Positions 39,233 to 52,501 of a stretch of DNA of 64,000 nt are shown one piece after another (the first letter of the stretch is position 1; each line of letters begins with the position of its first letter). Location: the NCBI GenBank assembly GCA_040954595.2, contig CM082579.2, positions 4,701,227-4,765,226 of the forward strand, read 5' to 3'. The position numbers and the translations under genes were made by a program. The notes below the pieces were generated by a model. The model worked only from the letters and a program-made list of their open reading frames with translations, ran no database searches and had not been told where the DNA came from. This stretch comes from Balanoglossus misakiensis (lineage: Eukaryota; Animalia; Hemichordata).

Positions 39233-41678
39233 ATGCGTTCCGTTGTGCACTTTTGTTTTGTCGCTTCTTGCCTTTTTTCTTTGGCAACATCCGACCAGGA
39301 GCCAAACGCCGACCTTGAAGAGGACAAAGGTTTACTATTATGTATCCTTTTACTTTTAAAATGGAACGGTATTATCACGGTGGTCATTGTGGAACACCAG
39401 TCTCATTATATCGACTATTCCCGTTGCTCACTCACCTGCTGCCAGTGTTAAAAAGATAGCCTGTTGACATACACGTATTTACTCCATAGCACAAATTTCA
39501 TTGATTCAGTTGTAGTACGTACATTTCGTTCATTGTATTAATTCGAGCAACATCATTACCCGAAAGCCATTAATTAATGATGGCTTTTAAACCAAGAACA
39601 ATTTGTTATTTTTTCCAATTTCCAATGCACTGACACAAATTTTAAATCACAAGGGAACAAACTGTTATTTGTCATGCACTTAATTTCATCCTACATGTCG
39701 CAAGTACTTTCAAGTTTTAAGAACTGAATTTTGAAATTATGCTGCTGGTAGATATGCTTGTTTCATGTTATACAACCCTTAACATCTGATCTCAGACAGA
39801 AAACTCTTCCATGCACGCAGACAAGATCACATGGAAGCAATCAATAACATTTTAGGATTACAGGATTATGAGAAGCAATACAAACTCATACAGATGGTGT
39901 ATGAAAAACTTTTTGAGGTAAGCTAGTATACTATCATCAAATGCCGTAAATGAGATGTATTGGGGGTGAATGAAAGGTCATGCTGAGAAAAGGCACTGAT
40001 TTGACCTGCAAGACCTTGCAATTTGTCACATGTCATTGATAAGACCGTCATACCTTGCTCTGAATCAAAAGGAAAGCTTGGCAGCAGTAAAATGTTACAA
40101 TTAATGTTGAAGGTGGTTTCCATGGATATGGACATAAAAAGACAAAGCAGACCTGCAGTGCAGATGGCAACAATTGGAGACACCCCCTATAGGGAGCATT
40201 ACTGCTCTATAATGGGAAAAAAAAACTAATTAGAACAGGATGTTATTTTGGATGTGCTATAAATTCTAGCTACTCAAATTAGCCATGCTTAGTTAATTTT
40301 TGCGCTACCCAGTTGAAATATATGTAGTTCCTGAATCAGTTCAATTGATATTCACTGTGTTATATGTAATGTTCAGCAGCACAGATTAAACTGGAGTCCA
40401 TCTGGACTTTGTACCACCAGCCCGGTGGCTTCAGAGTTTGTTGACCTCGCTGCCATGGAAACAATCACATGACACTCATTGCAGCTCCCAACCCAATGAC
40501 ACCCTGTTAATTTTTTTCCAGGTTTTATCTGGTGCTAAAGGAGCTTTAGAACAAGTCAACTTTGACCCAGCAGACAAGTTTCCAACCAATGACATGATAA
40601 AAGAAGGTACAGATTTTCATTTTTTTTATAAACTGCAGGGGACTTTATATGAGGGTAATATCAACGTTATAAAGCTCACCATGAAAATCACAGTACCATA
40701 AAAATTCCCTTCATAAAACTCAAAAGAAGAGATGAATTATAAAAACTGATATAATCCCAGTAGGTATTGAGAGACAGCATAGTGGGAAAGTAATGTCATT
40801 TTGAATGTATCATTTCTTCACAGCTGTATCCAGTGTCCTTGAAAACACCGCTTTCTTTGGTGAGGTGTTGCTACGACTACCGGATATATCCCATGACATA
40901 TACGAAAAGCGGAAAGACTGGTTGGATATCATGACGTGGGCAATCAAATTTGCACAGAAAACTCGAGTGTTTGATGGAGTACATGGGAAATTTTTACATT
41001 TAGTAAGTTATCATTCTGAGGAGATCTGCATGCATATAATGCAATCTTGAAGGGAGGGGGTGGGGGGGCTGGAATATTGTTTTGTATTAACCCTTTTTGG
41101 CCAGATACACTATATATAGGAGAAATTCGGATACGTTCCCAGAAAGCCAGGCTTGAAAGGGTTAACCATTGTATTAACAATTGTAGAATACCTTTTACTG
41201 CAAATATGACATATGGTGAAATAGCCAGGAAATATGGTTGAAGCTCACAACCTTATGTTCAGGTCATCTAATGTCAGATAATAAATGCAGGCTTTCGACA
41301 GACAAAACTAATTCTGTGGTGTTGTGTGTTTTTTTTTGGTATTTCTCAGGTTGGCCAGGAGCTGAACATTTTTGAACGAGATCCAGATTATCAAAATCCA
41401 TACAAAATGGATGCAAAGGTATAGGATATTTATTAGAGCATACAAACAGAAACAAGGACATAAGCATGACTCATAAGCATAAACTGCACGGAAAACAATT
41501 TCTGCTTCAACTTGATCTCTGTCTTTTTTAACTCTAGAATGACATCATGCAATATTTTAACTTAAATTTCTGTTTTGTGATGTTGTAGATGATATTCAAA
41601 GGAAGTGAGGAAATCAAGCCAAAGAAAGAGAAGAAGAAAAAGAAGAGGGGACCTCGCTTGTCAAAAACTGAGTTGTAG
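39233..41678 (+). CDS. CCDC134: Coiled-coil domain-containing protein 134 (ER-luminal)
   Basis: Approximate exons: 39233-39341 (signal peptide), 39796-39917, 40522-40606, 40824-41002 (VLENTAFFGEVLLRLPDI), 41351-41418 (QELNI..DPDYQNPY) and 41589-41678 (KKKKRGPRLSKTEL*). KDEL-like C-terminus. Confidence 0.9.
39342..39795 (+). other. U12-type (minor spliceosome) GT-AG intron in CCDC134
   Basis: 5' site GTATCCTTT at 39342; branch-point CCTTAAC at 39777-39783, 10 nt before the AG at 39794-39795; no polypyrimidine tract; splicing keeps the frame (LLL-Y-RKLF). Confidence 0.85.
41087..41165. mobile_element. Tiny piggyBac-like MITE remnant with TTAA target duplication
   Basis: TTAA|CCCTTT ... AAAGGG|TTAA, 71-bp body (41091-41161), inside a CCDC134 intron. 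Confidence 0.55.
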
Positions 41679-43218
41679 ACAGCAGACACTCAGAATACAG
41701 GCACTGAGCAGTACTCTTGTTCGACTGGTCTTTCATGCCTGCTTTCCATGTACTAATATCTCTTGCCATAGATTGTGCACGGGTGGGATGCCTGTGTGTG
41801 TGTGGGGGGGGAGGGGGTGATAGAGAGACATAGTGGGTGTGTGTGTTTGTGTGATAGAGAGATGGGAGGGGAGTTCATCTCAGCAAAATGCTTGTACCGT
41901 TTTTGGCATTACCGGTAGTACATGCACGTGAACTGTACTACACCCATAAAATTCTGAGCATTTGCAATTGCAAACATACACACACACACACGCACAGCAT
42001 TAAGAAACTGTACTTATGAAGTTTTTCGGCATTCTGATTGCATTGCACTAGAATTTGCTCATTTTTTGAGGGAAACTGCGGGATTGACTCCTGTGAACGA
42101 AGCAATAATTTCTCATCTTACATGTAAAGAGGTTGATACAACTCATTGGTCAAAAACAAAACTTTGGTGCGTAGTTATTTTTTGCTAGAAAAACAGCGTC
42201 ATCTTTACTCTCAGTAAAATACTTGTATGGGACTTGCCCACTTTATTTAGTATCTGGAAGATGATGGGAATTTTATGGTAATTTTGTTAAGGATCATTTA
42301 TACTCCTAGTGTTTGATATTTGGCTTTTAACCAAGTCTGCATGGGCTTATGTGTGAATGGGGCATTCCTTTAAGATTGTGGGTCAAAGTTTATATTCTAT
42401 ATTCCAGATTTTTGGGTCTTATGGTGATGTTCTTTTTTTGACAGGGTGCAGAAATTTGTGCTCAAAGTGCATTTGTTATTGTCAACAAATTTCTTGTCCA
42501 CGCAAAATGTCCTTGCAAGTGATCACAATCATGTCATTTGTGCTAAATTTTTAGTAACTAAAAGTCATAAAAACAAATGATTTATATTAAATTTTAATTT
42601 GAAAGATGACCATTTATCTGCGCTAAAAATCAGGAAAATGATAAAAAAAAGTTTTAGGTTTGCATTATAACTGGATATGTACGCTTCCATTCACATAAAA
42701 TCGAAAGTCCTATTCGAATTTCAAATTTCAAATTTTAAGGAGATTTTACTTTATTTTTTAGTCTCAGGAAGTGCAATTATTTTTAATGCTGTGGAAGGTA
42801 ATTTGAAATTTAACAAATGGTTTGTTGAAACCTATGCTGAGAGTAAAGAAATAAATCATAATTTTTGAAATGAAAAATGGCATGTGAATAGATAAACATG
42901 GACGTACCACAGATGAGCGATTTTTTTAGTTTTAGACAACACAAGAAGATCTACCGTATATAGCACGCCACAACAGTTATAGATAAAAAGTAACGCGTTT
43001 TGTTGGTTCTCTGGAAAGACGATCGTTTTCTTTTTATCAACTACTGATAAACCGGTGGCACCTGATTAGAACTATACTATGAATGAACTTTGCTAACACT
43101 CTAATGTTTACTAAACTTATCCTATAGGGAGTGCCCGAGTCTGACGGCGGTACCTTGACACGACGGGTTAATTAATTTGAGCTTGGGGCCATTGACTCAT
43201 CGGTAGTGTACATATCCA

Positions 43219-43432
43219 AGGGAATGGTCTGTTTCTCCGGCCTGGGGTGGGTCGGTTGGGAATTGCTTCCTTGCCCGTCCAAAAAAATCGCTAATCTCCT
43301 ACCATCGAAAAAAAGTAAATCAGGGTGACCGGCCGGCTACATCAATTAGAAACTAGCAAACATTAATTAGCCTATAGTGTTACCAAGGCAATACACCAAC
43401 CCACCCCGGCCCGGAGAAACTGACCAGTCCCT
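43219..43432. mobile_element. MITE with ~35-bp imperfect terminal inverted repeats
   Basis: AGGGAATGGTCTGTTTCTCCGGCCTGGGGTGGGT at the left pairs with ACCCACCCCGGCCCGGAGAAACTGACCAGTCCCT at the right; non-coding AT-rich interior. Confidence 0.75.
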
Positions 43433-43604
43433 AAGCGTCCCGTTCGTTTGCAGAGATAACTTCCTTCCGCGTGAATCATTGACCAGGGTATCGTCAGAAA
43501 TATATACGGGTGGTGTGCGGACATGTCTGTCGTTACAAGTCGGCTGGTGAGATAGGCACGTGTTCTGAACTTCCTCTGGTTTTATTCAACGTCTGGAGAA
43601 TATC

Positions 43605-46600
43605 ATGGGTGTCTCGGTGCTCCCCGTAACAGCGTTCAGCTGTGTCTTGCTGACTGCCACCTGTTATGTGGTCTATCATGCTTGGCAAGGCTACGAGACA
43701 TACTCACCTTATTATTTGAGTTCGTTGGTCCTTCTTACAGGTATGTTCACGTGCTTATTTTTCGTGTGCTGTTGACACGTTAATTTTTTAACGCACGACT
43801 GTTGTATGTTGGTACGTGATGCTCGTCAAACGGACCAAATATGACTGAAACAATATAAGTTCTTTGTTATATGGTTATATCAAGGACAGGTAGTTTATAT
43901 TTCGGGACATCATTGATCTACCACGTCATCAGATCTAACATTTCACTGATAAAACCCGTCCCATATTAATTTGAAACCACAATCACGGTGGTAGGCATAA
44001 TTCAGACAAATCCAGAAAGGCTTCGCTGCCCTCAAATGTGAGACCCATTACTGCCGCTTCCATGATAACGGGGTGAGCCTCTCTCGAGTATGCGTTCGAG
44101 AAATATTCGAATATTAATGACGCAGGGAGTTCAGGTTATATTTTAACCATGAAACCCCGAGGCAAGCAGTGTTGCTAACGAACCGGCAAATGTGTGTGCT
44201 CCGCGACATCGTACATTCATTCATTCATTCATTCATTCTCTAACATGATGTACATCATATTGCACGTGCATGCTACCACCACTACTACACAGAGCCGATA
44301 GTTTGCCACAGTATTCAAAAGCACAAATATCATTTCTCCAAGTATGCATTAATAATCCCGTATTCTTTCTCTCCAGGTTTTCTTGGTTTCGCATCTTTTA
44401 TGTCGTGGTTATTTACAATCCAGATTAACGACCGTCTGATATCAGAAAGTCACACAACCTTCACCGCGTTCATCCATTTTATGTTCACCCGGGTTCTTCT
44501 GTTCGTGGGTCGGCATTGGACGATGAAATCTCTCGAGGAGGACACGAAAAAAGCGAGCAAGTCGCAGGAGACTTTCTTAGAAGAGCTCCTGTCTGAGAAT
44601 GCAAACACCGAGTACGGTCAAAGCTACAGTTTTTCCGAGATAAAAAATAAGGCGGATTTTGTGGAGAAAGTACCCCTGTCCACTTACGAAAATTACAAAG
44701 CGCCCATCAAGAAAATTGCCGACAAGGGTGTGCAGAACGTCTTGACAAAGGAGAACGCGACGTATCTGTCGATGACGGCAGGGACGACCGGGCCGCCGAC
44801 CGTCGTGCCGACCACGGTGACGTCAATGAGCATTTACATAAAAGAATTCTCGGTGACCGCCAATTACGTCGTTGCCTGCGAGTTTCCCACGACGACAAAA
44901 CTGCAGAAGTCGCTGATGTTGACGTTCCCCAACCAGATAAGCCTCACCAAGGGCGGACTGGCAATGGGGCCGATAAGCGGCACCAGCTCCGACGATTCGC
45001 ACCTGATGTGGCTGCTGCAGACGACGCCGAAGTTGGTGCTGGGAATCAGGGACGAGAAGAAGATCATGTACGTCCACATGCTCTTCGCTCTCGCGGACAA
45101 GAATCTGTCCAAGATCACCAGCAACTACTCCTCCACCGTCCTCGCGATGTTCGTCGCCTTGGAGACGCACTGGAGGCAACTGATCCTCGACGTGGAGAGC
45201 GGGAAGGTCAGCTCGAAGTCGGCCATCTCCTTGGATGTACGGCGCGAACTCAACAAGCTGCTCGTGCCGAGTCCCCGCCGAGCCGAGGAGCTGCGCAAAG
45301 AATTTGAAAAGGGTTTCAGTGGAATAGCCGATCGCATTTGGCCGTCGTTGGCTGTGATCGTCGCCGGGGATTCCGGGATAGCGGCTCACTATGGACGCCT
45401 GATTCGACAGAAATATGTGAAAGGTGAGAGGTTGTCCACACATGCACGTCATTTCGTCAATGCCAATACAGTATAACTAATGTCAATGTCACAATGTTTT
45501 ACGGCTGACCGCACCGCACCTATACCACAATCACCATCACCACTTTTTTGTATTTCATGAAAGTATACTTAATACTGCTTTGATGCCGTTCATATATATC
45601 ATCATCAGTTTTATCCCCAGAAAAAAACACGAATAATGCAACGTCAATGTCACCGTATCTTCTACAGATATACCCATCTATTCAAGTATCTATGGCGCTG
45701 CGGAGTGTGGACTGGGGGTCAATATATCGCCCCGGAAAGAACGCTCCGAATTTGTCCTCCGTACCAGAGCCAACCTCTACGAATTCATACCAATAGAGGA
45801 AGCGTAAGTGTAGCCCCACCTGAGACAATCACGGTCAAAATAGTGTCCAAATGGTATTTAGTTCCCACCTTCACCTTATAGGATTTATAAGTTAAATCGG
45901 CTAACCTCTGTCAGAAATTGTACCATTTAATTTAACAGCTGGTTAAAAACATAAGTTAATACCACAGACGCAAGCGAGGAGATGTTCATCCCGATTTCAA
46001 CAAATTATCTAATTTACAGAGACGATCCCGCCCCAAAGACATTGTTCTTGGACGAGGTGGAACTGGGCGAGGAGTACGAAGTTGTCGTCACCACCATGGG
46101 CGGGTTATATCGCTATCGTCTTGGCGACGTCGTCGAAGTGAGCGGGTTCTACAACAACTGCCCGGTGGTTGTATATCGATACAGGTGAGGGTCACCAAGT
46201 GGTACGAGGGTGAGTGTGAAATGAGTGTCCAGAGATACAGGGGTGATATAAGTTGAGTAATTACAGATGCCTGAAAAAAAAATTTGCCAGGCAAGATTCT
46301 TAATTTGTTAACACGTAACATTGTATTCTTTTCTTTCGACAACTGTAGGCGTGGCCAGACACTGAACTTGAGCGGGGAGAAAACAACGGAGGAAACGCTG
46401 TCCAAAGCCGTGCTGGAGACTGTAGACTCGTGGGACGGCGTGCAGTTGATCGACTTCACATCGACCGAAAGCGTACACATGAGCGGCAACGGTACGTACT
46501 ATCGACTAATGATCACATGAACATAATCGATTGGAAATGTATCGGTATGATAATCGACGTGTGAACTGTGCTTAATACAACGTGTTTATTTACGTTGTCC

Positions 46601-47101
46601 TCCGAAATCTTTTTATTTTCACTTGATGAATTTCTGTGTATTCATCAGATATGGATGAAAAGTCACCGTGTTATGTAGTGTTCTTGGAACTCCAAGCCCA
46701 AGACCAGAAAGTTGGAATCGACGTGACAGACGAACAAAAAGAAACGGTAAAACATTGTACATGTACATGTTTGCAAACGTTAAGCTTTATAACTTTGTAT
46801 GCCATAAATGTTTGAGTTGAACATTCACAAAGTTATTTTTTCATGTTCCTATTTAACCGTTGAAATATTCATTTTTTTACTACAGTTTGATAAGATCCTC
46901 AGAAAACACAGTGCGACCTACGATTCCCGTCGAGACGATTGCATAGCGCCGCCTAGAGTTTTCATCGTGAAGAACGGGGCATTTACTGCCCTTGGGGAAT
47001 ATCTGATGAAGATGAATCCTACATCTTACAATCAAGTCAAGATACCCCGCGTTCTGACATGCGCTGAACACATAGGTGTATTGAGGAAGCATGTTGGGTA
47101 A
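43605..47101 (+). CDS. GHDC: GH3 domain-containing protein (acyl-acid amido synthetase fold) with hydrophobic N-terminus
   Basis: Approximate exons: 43605-43740, 44378-45424, 45669-45803, 46020-46185, 46350-46491, 46649-46746 and 46886-47101. Motifs NANTEYG, VPLSTYENY, SMTAGTTG, IYGAAE, TTMGGLYRYRLGDVV, LNLSGEKTTE and NQVKIPRVL. Orthology versus a lineage-specific paralog is not resolved. Confidence 0.85.
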
Positions 47102-49010
47102 TGGTGGAATTCTTCATAGCACGTACACATACGATGGTTGCAATCAAAACGCAAGGCACTCAGCGCAACCTCTTCATGTGCCAATATGATCATATTTCGT
47201 GCTTTTGGTTTATTCTGGAGGTTAGTGTGTTATCTGACAGCGGTGCTCGGAGTTTTACTGTATCTCGCGAAAAGAATCCTAAATACCAACGCCATCTTAC
47301 AACGGGGGATCAGTGACCATGTGACACCAGCTTACCGGATGAAGAAAATTGCGTTCATGTGCATGCCCATGTCGTACATGCACAAACATGTGCGAAGTTC
47401 AGTTTTGAACGCGTGTATTACTAGTATTAGTTTTAGGTACAACGGCGATCGCATTATACGATTAGTTCTTACATGTTTCTACGTTTTACATACATAGTTA
47501 TATATATAGTCCAAAATATGGCTATAAATATCATAGAAGATACATAGTACTGTTCACCTTTTTGACGACCTGTCACTCTTTAGAGGTCGCTTACCTCAAG
47601 TTGGTAAGTGTAAGTCAATGACATTTAATAAATAGACGTACTTTTCCTCGAGATTCAGCCCCGCTTCCAATGGTGCATTGTGAACGACACGTACAATATT
47701 CATGATAATGTAGCCATTTAAGATTAATCACTTAATAACTGAAAAATAATTTAAACAAAAGCTCATCGCGTAATGTTATCAACAGTGGGTATCAACATCA
47801 ATCAATCAATCGAACGATCGATCGAGCGATTGATAGAACAACAAACAAAGAATTAAACAAACAAACTTTATAATCCCAGTGTGAGCTAGAACATTTCGGG
47901 ATACGTTTATCGTGGTCAGAAAGAGCTCTCGCGTAGTCATAACTACGCCGTGACAAAGGTCCAATGACACACGTACTGTATATTTATAGTTGAGTGTAAT
48001 AAATCGTTTAAATTTTCCAGGGACTGCTTAGTGTACCACCACCAACTCACAAGTTAGGTACGTACTGGTATATGCTTAACTTTTTTTTATTCCAAAAATA
48101 TGAAGAACGTGTGTCTTAATTTGTCAACACCTTGTGTTGTTTGGTAAATATATATACATGCATGTAGCCTAATTTATGATTTTCTAACATACGAAAATGC
48201 GCTAAAATTTGCCACCATCACTGACAGGAATGCGCATCAAGTTTTGATAAGACTTAGTAAGTGAGTAGTAATCGTCGTTGTTTGTCCCTTTGGAATCGTA
48301 CTGGAACGATGGGGAAAAGCTGTGTACATGCAATGAAATTACTTCGAAGATTATTTATCACCTGAGGGCAATGATTCTATACGTTTTTAACTTGGTATTG
48401 TTCCAATGTCATTTATGAAAGGTTTGCTTGTACCACTTTTAAAGAAATCAAAATTGATTCTGCTGATTCAGGCTGTTTTTAATGTGAACAGGGTCAATAA
48501 TAAACGGTTGCCACACCCGTTTATTCAGAGGCTCCCATTGCAAGAGTACACAGTTATTATGGTATATACACATGCGTCTTAGAAACCCCACAAACTTGAA
48601 TTGGTGTCGTCTCTGTGAGGCTAATAATAAGGAAAAGATTGAAGTACTTTCTGGATAAAATATGCTACAAGTAGCAGCTATTGGGTCTTTAAGCAAAACC
48701 TCATCGTGTCAACCGTTCCAAAAATAACTGGTGTATGGCTAATAATAATTATGATGAGATATGTGAAGCAAAGGCCTTGAGCAGTAAACAAATAACACAA
48801 TCATTAACATACGTGGCAATATTGTTATGCAAATTAGCACACTTACACCAGACTGGGTCATATATCACACACACACCCCGAAAATTTATCGTTGCAAAAT
48901 ATTACTATAACCAACATCATGGTTTCCAAAACATCAAAATGATTCAAGCAGAGTGTTTGTTGCATGCACATTCTTGTTGTCAGGGTGACGTTTTTTATGC
49001 GGACTACACG

Positions 49011-51889
49011 ATGAATCTGTCCGTGACGGTATTAGGACGCACAGGACAGCTTTTCAAGGTAAGAAAAATGCCGATTTCATATCATGCATTATCGGACGCT
49101 GTTGGAATAACGGTTTGCTTATGGTGTCAATTCTCACTGTAACTTTGTTTATTGCAGCAAGCTGTTTGTTTTATGTCGACGGATGTCTTCTCGGCCCGCA
49201 GTCTACCTGTTGAGGCGGAATTTAGAACCAAGGTAAAACCATTTCACGAAGTAAACGGCCAATCTCAGGGGATTGACCGCCAACGAGAAGTTCAAAGAAC
49301 TTTACCACAATGCGTCTACACCTAACAGACAAAGTAGTTATATATTCTTGATGTTTCAACTTGACCACAAGACAAGCTTTTTTTTGTATCCTAGGACTAC
49401 GGTCTACACCTGATCGATCAGGGCCCATCAACATCGGTGAAGGTGACTCGTCATGATGCCTTGAAGCTGTACAGGCAGATGACGCTGATTCGCTCTATGG
49501 AAGAAGAGATTGACCAACTGTATACCGAACAGTATATACGAGGCGTGTGTCACAACTGTATTGGCCAGGCAAGTGGCGCGCCACTATCTCATATACGATT
49601 TCTATGGATATAGACGGTGGACTCTCTTTAGGCATTCAGATTTGAAAAAATGTCACATTTGAAGCGAAATGCCACTATGTTAAGCTGAGCTTGCCCCCTT
49701 TAGATGACTTTTTAAACAAGGGGGTAGATATTTGTGCCCCTCACTGCAGCAAAAAGATGCAGGTTTTGACACACGGCTGTAGTTTGTGAACTCTGTAATA
49801 TCACAGAAACCGCTGATACAATTTTACTACTCTGACAGTCTCTATACTGTCCGTGTGATAGTCTGAGGCATATTGTCTCGCACAAAGAGTGATCGGTGGT
49901 CATCTTTTCAGGAAGCGCTGTGCGTCGGCGCAGAAGCAGCGATCAAGCCAACCGATTTGGTTATGGGAGGATATCGGTGCCACGGCTGGGTATATACAAG
50001 AGGCATGTCCATCCGGAAACTCATTGCTGAATTATTAGGTACTCCAGTCACTACTTACACCCATCTTTCAAGATTTCTTCGAAACTTAAGAAGTATACTA
50101 AGAACTATTAATGCTGACAGCGGAGCTAGAAAATATTCCAGAATGATGACAGTTATGGTCGAGATCCCGATAACATTGTTTCTCGTGGTTTTGCTTCAGG
50201 TCGGACAACGGGCTGTGCTAAAGGAAAAGGCGGGTCGATGCACTTGCAGACACAAAACCATTTCACCACTGGAATCTTAGGCAGTCAGGTAGAAGCATCT
50301 TCCATGGTACTCAGCGAATCGAAAGCGTGCATACAATTATATTATTTTGCTTTCGGCGTTGCTTCATTGAAGTGAATATTATCTTACACGACCATGGCAT
50401 GCAATCCCATCACACACTTGAAGTCCTAAACTACAGTCCCTCTACTAAACTAAAAGTATGTTTTCTAGGTTTCTGTGGGTACCGGTTTCGCCTTGGCATT
50501 GAAACACATGGAACGCGACAACGTCGCCTTGGCTTTGTACGGAGACGGCGCCGCCAACCAGGGCCAAGTGTACGAGTCGTTCAATATAGCCAAGCTGTGG
50601 AACCTGCCTGTCATCTACGTCTGCGAAAACAACCAAATCGGCATGAGCACTCCTGTGTACCAGGCATCTGCGCCGCCGGACTTCTACAAGAAAGTGAATT
50701 TTATTCCCGGTATCCAAGTGAGTTGCTTATCAACATTTGTTTTTTTACTAGGAGTGCGCGAGTGTTACAAGGAGCGAAGACCACTGGGCAGGCAGCCTGC
50801 TTAACATGAACGCGTATGTGCAGCAGCATGTCGTACGGGGGGGGGGGGGGGGTCAAATCACAATACATGTACACAAATGCATTGTAGGTAAAAATGTCGA
50901 CAACTTATAATATGTTACTTGTATTTCTTCTCTCTGTCCAAAAGTGCTGTCTTTGTGTGGTTACCATACAGAACTCTTTCAATCTTTTAAACATTTTTTT
51001 CAGTTGACATTAATTTTCTTTCACCTTATTGTTTGGTAGGCTGATGGCACCGACGTTCTGGCGGTGCGAGAGGCTGTGCGATTTTGCAGAGAGTATTGCT
51101 CATCGAGAAAGGTAAAACTACACAGTCAGTTGTGTCATCGCTGAGACATGATTGATTGCTTTGATCATAAACAGTAGACTACTGTCTATTGTATGAAATC
51201 ACAATCGGTATTACATGTACTTTTCAGGGGCCCATAGTATTGGAACTTCCCTGTCATCGTTTTAATTGGCACTCCACAACTCGTCCAGAATTTCGGACCG
51301 AAGAAGACATAGCTGAGGTTCGCAAAACGTTCGACCCCGTTCAATTGTTCACGACAAGGTTACTGAAGTCTGGTCTGGCAAACGCGGAAACCCTAGCGGT
51401 ACGTAACCTTAATTTAAACGATTCGCGACGATATGTACCCCTACAGATATTCTCTGTTTAACTATTGTTTATTTTAGTCATCGATAATCTAATTTTGATT
51501 ATTTATCATTTTAAACAATTTTTGTAATATTTTATCTTGTATTCCATGGTGGTTTGGGCTTTTTTATTAATCACATTTCCACTGTCATATAAAAAAAAAA
51601 ATTTAATTAAAGGAGCTTTCAGTTTGAACGAAGGAAATGGCCAAGGGAATCGGAATTTTAATGAACCAGTGTCAACGATTCGTGTACTTGCTATTAATTT
51701 TCTCTCCATCTGTCTTCAAAATAGGACATCGTTCGGGAGGGTAAGAAAGAGGTTCGAGGAGGAATCGAGGCAGCAAAATCAGACCCCATTCCTCGAACCA
51801 GGGATGCCTTCACGCATGTGTACCATGATCCTCCGAAGGGTTACAAGGTCAGAGGTTGTGACCCCTGGTCGATGCACGACGCAGCGTAA
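49011..51889 (+). CDS. Pyruvate dehydrogenase E1 alpha-like protein (divergent paralog)
   Basis: Approximate exons: 49011-49058, 49158-49231, 49395-49568, 49912-50038, 50200-50288, 50469-50717, 51040-51111, 51228-51398 and 51725-51889. Motifs YRCHG, GCAKGKGGSMH, TPP motif YGDGAANQGQ...CENN, DGTDVLAVREA and KGPIVLEL. Open frame throughout. Confidence 0.88.
49569..49911 (+). other. GC-AG intron in the E1-alpha-like gene
   Basis: CAG|GCAAGT donor; joining to AG|GAAGCG restores CIGQ-EALCVG, matching DGQ-EACCVG of canonical PDHA. Confidence 0.75.
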
Positions 51890-52501
51890 ACCAGTAAACT
51901 GCCTCTTCCTTGCACGATGGTATGATGTAATTTCTGGTGAATCGATTCGAACGACTGTGTTAAAATCATCTTTCACACCTTTGTCAGTTAGTATTTGGCA
52001 GTTAATATAAAGCCGTCGGCCACACTAAACTTCATGTAGACAACAGACATCTTTTCATTCTTAAATAATACAGTATTTATTTGAAATTAAAAGAAAAGTA
52101 TCTAAAAGGCACTTTAGCATGCATGTAGTTAAGTGTTTCCCGAGTAGATAATAATAATTATAAACATGTCACTTTTGTCCAGAACATAATTCATTTAGGC
52201 GACAACCACATACACCACACCACATGCATTTGGTTTACATACAAAATATAAATTGGGTGTGTTTACATTAGATCCAGCTTAGATCCAGCATCCAGCTTAT
52301 GATGTATAATTTTTAACTAACTACAAGAATACTGCTCTAATATATAATCGCCCCTGTTCAAGTTATTGTAATACACATGTAACTAGAATAAATAATACAA
52401 ATCCATGCGTATTGTAGGCTGCGCTCTATTGGACCTGTTTTCTGTGGCGTATTTCGCCATTGTCAATGGTGGTGTGGTCAGAGCTGAAATCTTCAACCTT
52501 T

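Noticed and set aside
44707-45452. Overlapping antisense and alternative-frame ORFs
   Set aside because: Shadows of the GC-rich GH3 exon 2.
49011-51889. E1-alpha as a pseudogene or retrocopy
   Set aside because: All exons are in frame, introns are present and the TPP motif is intact.
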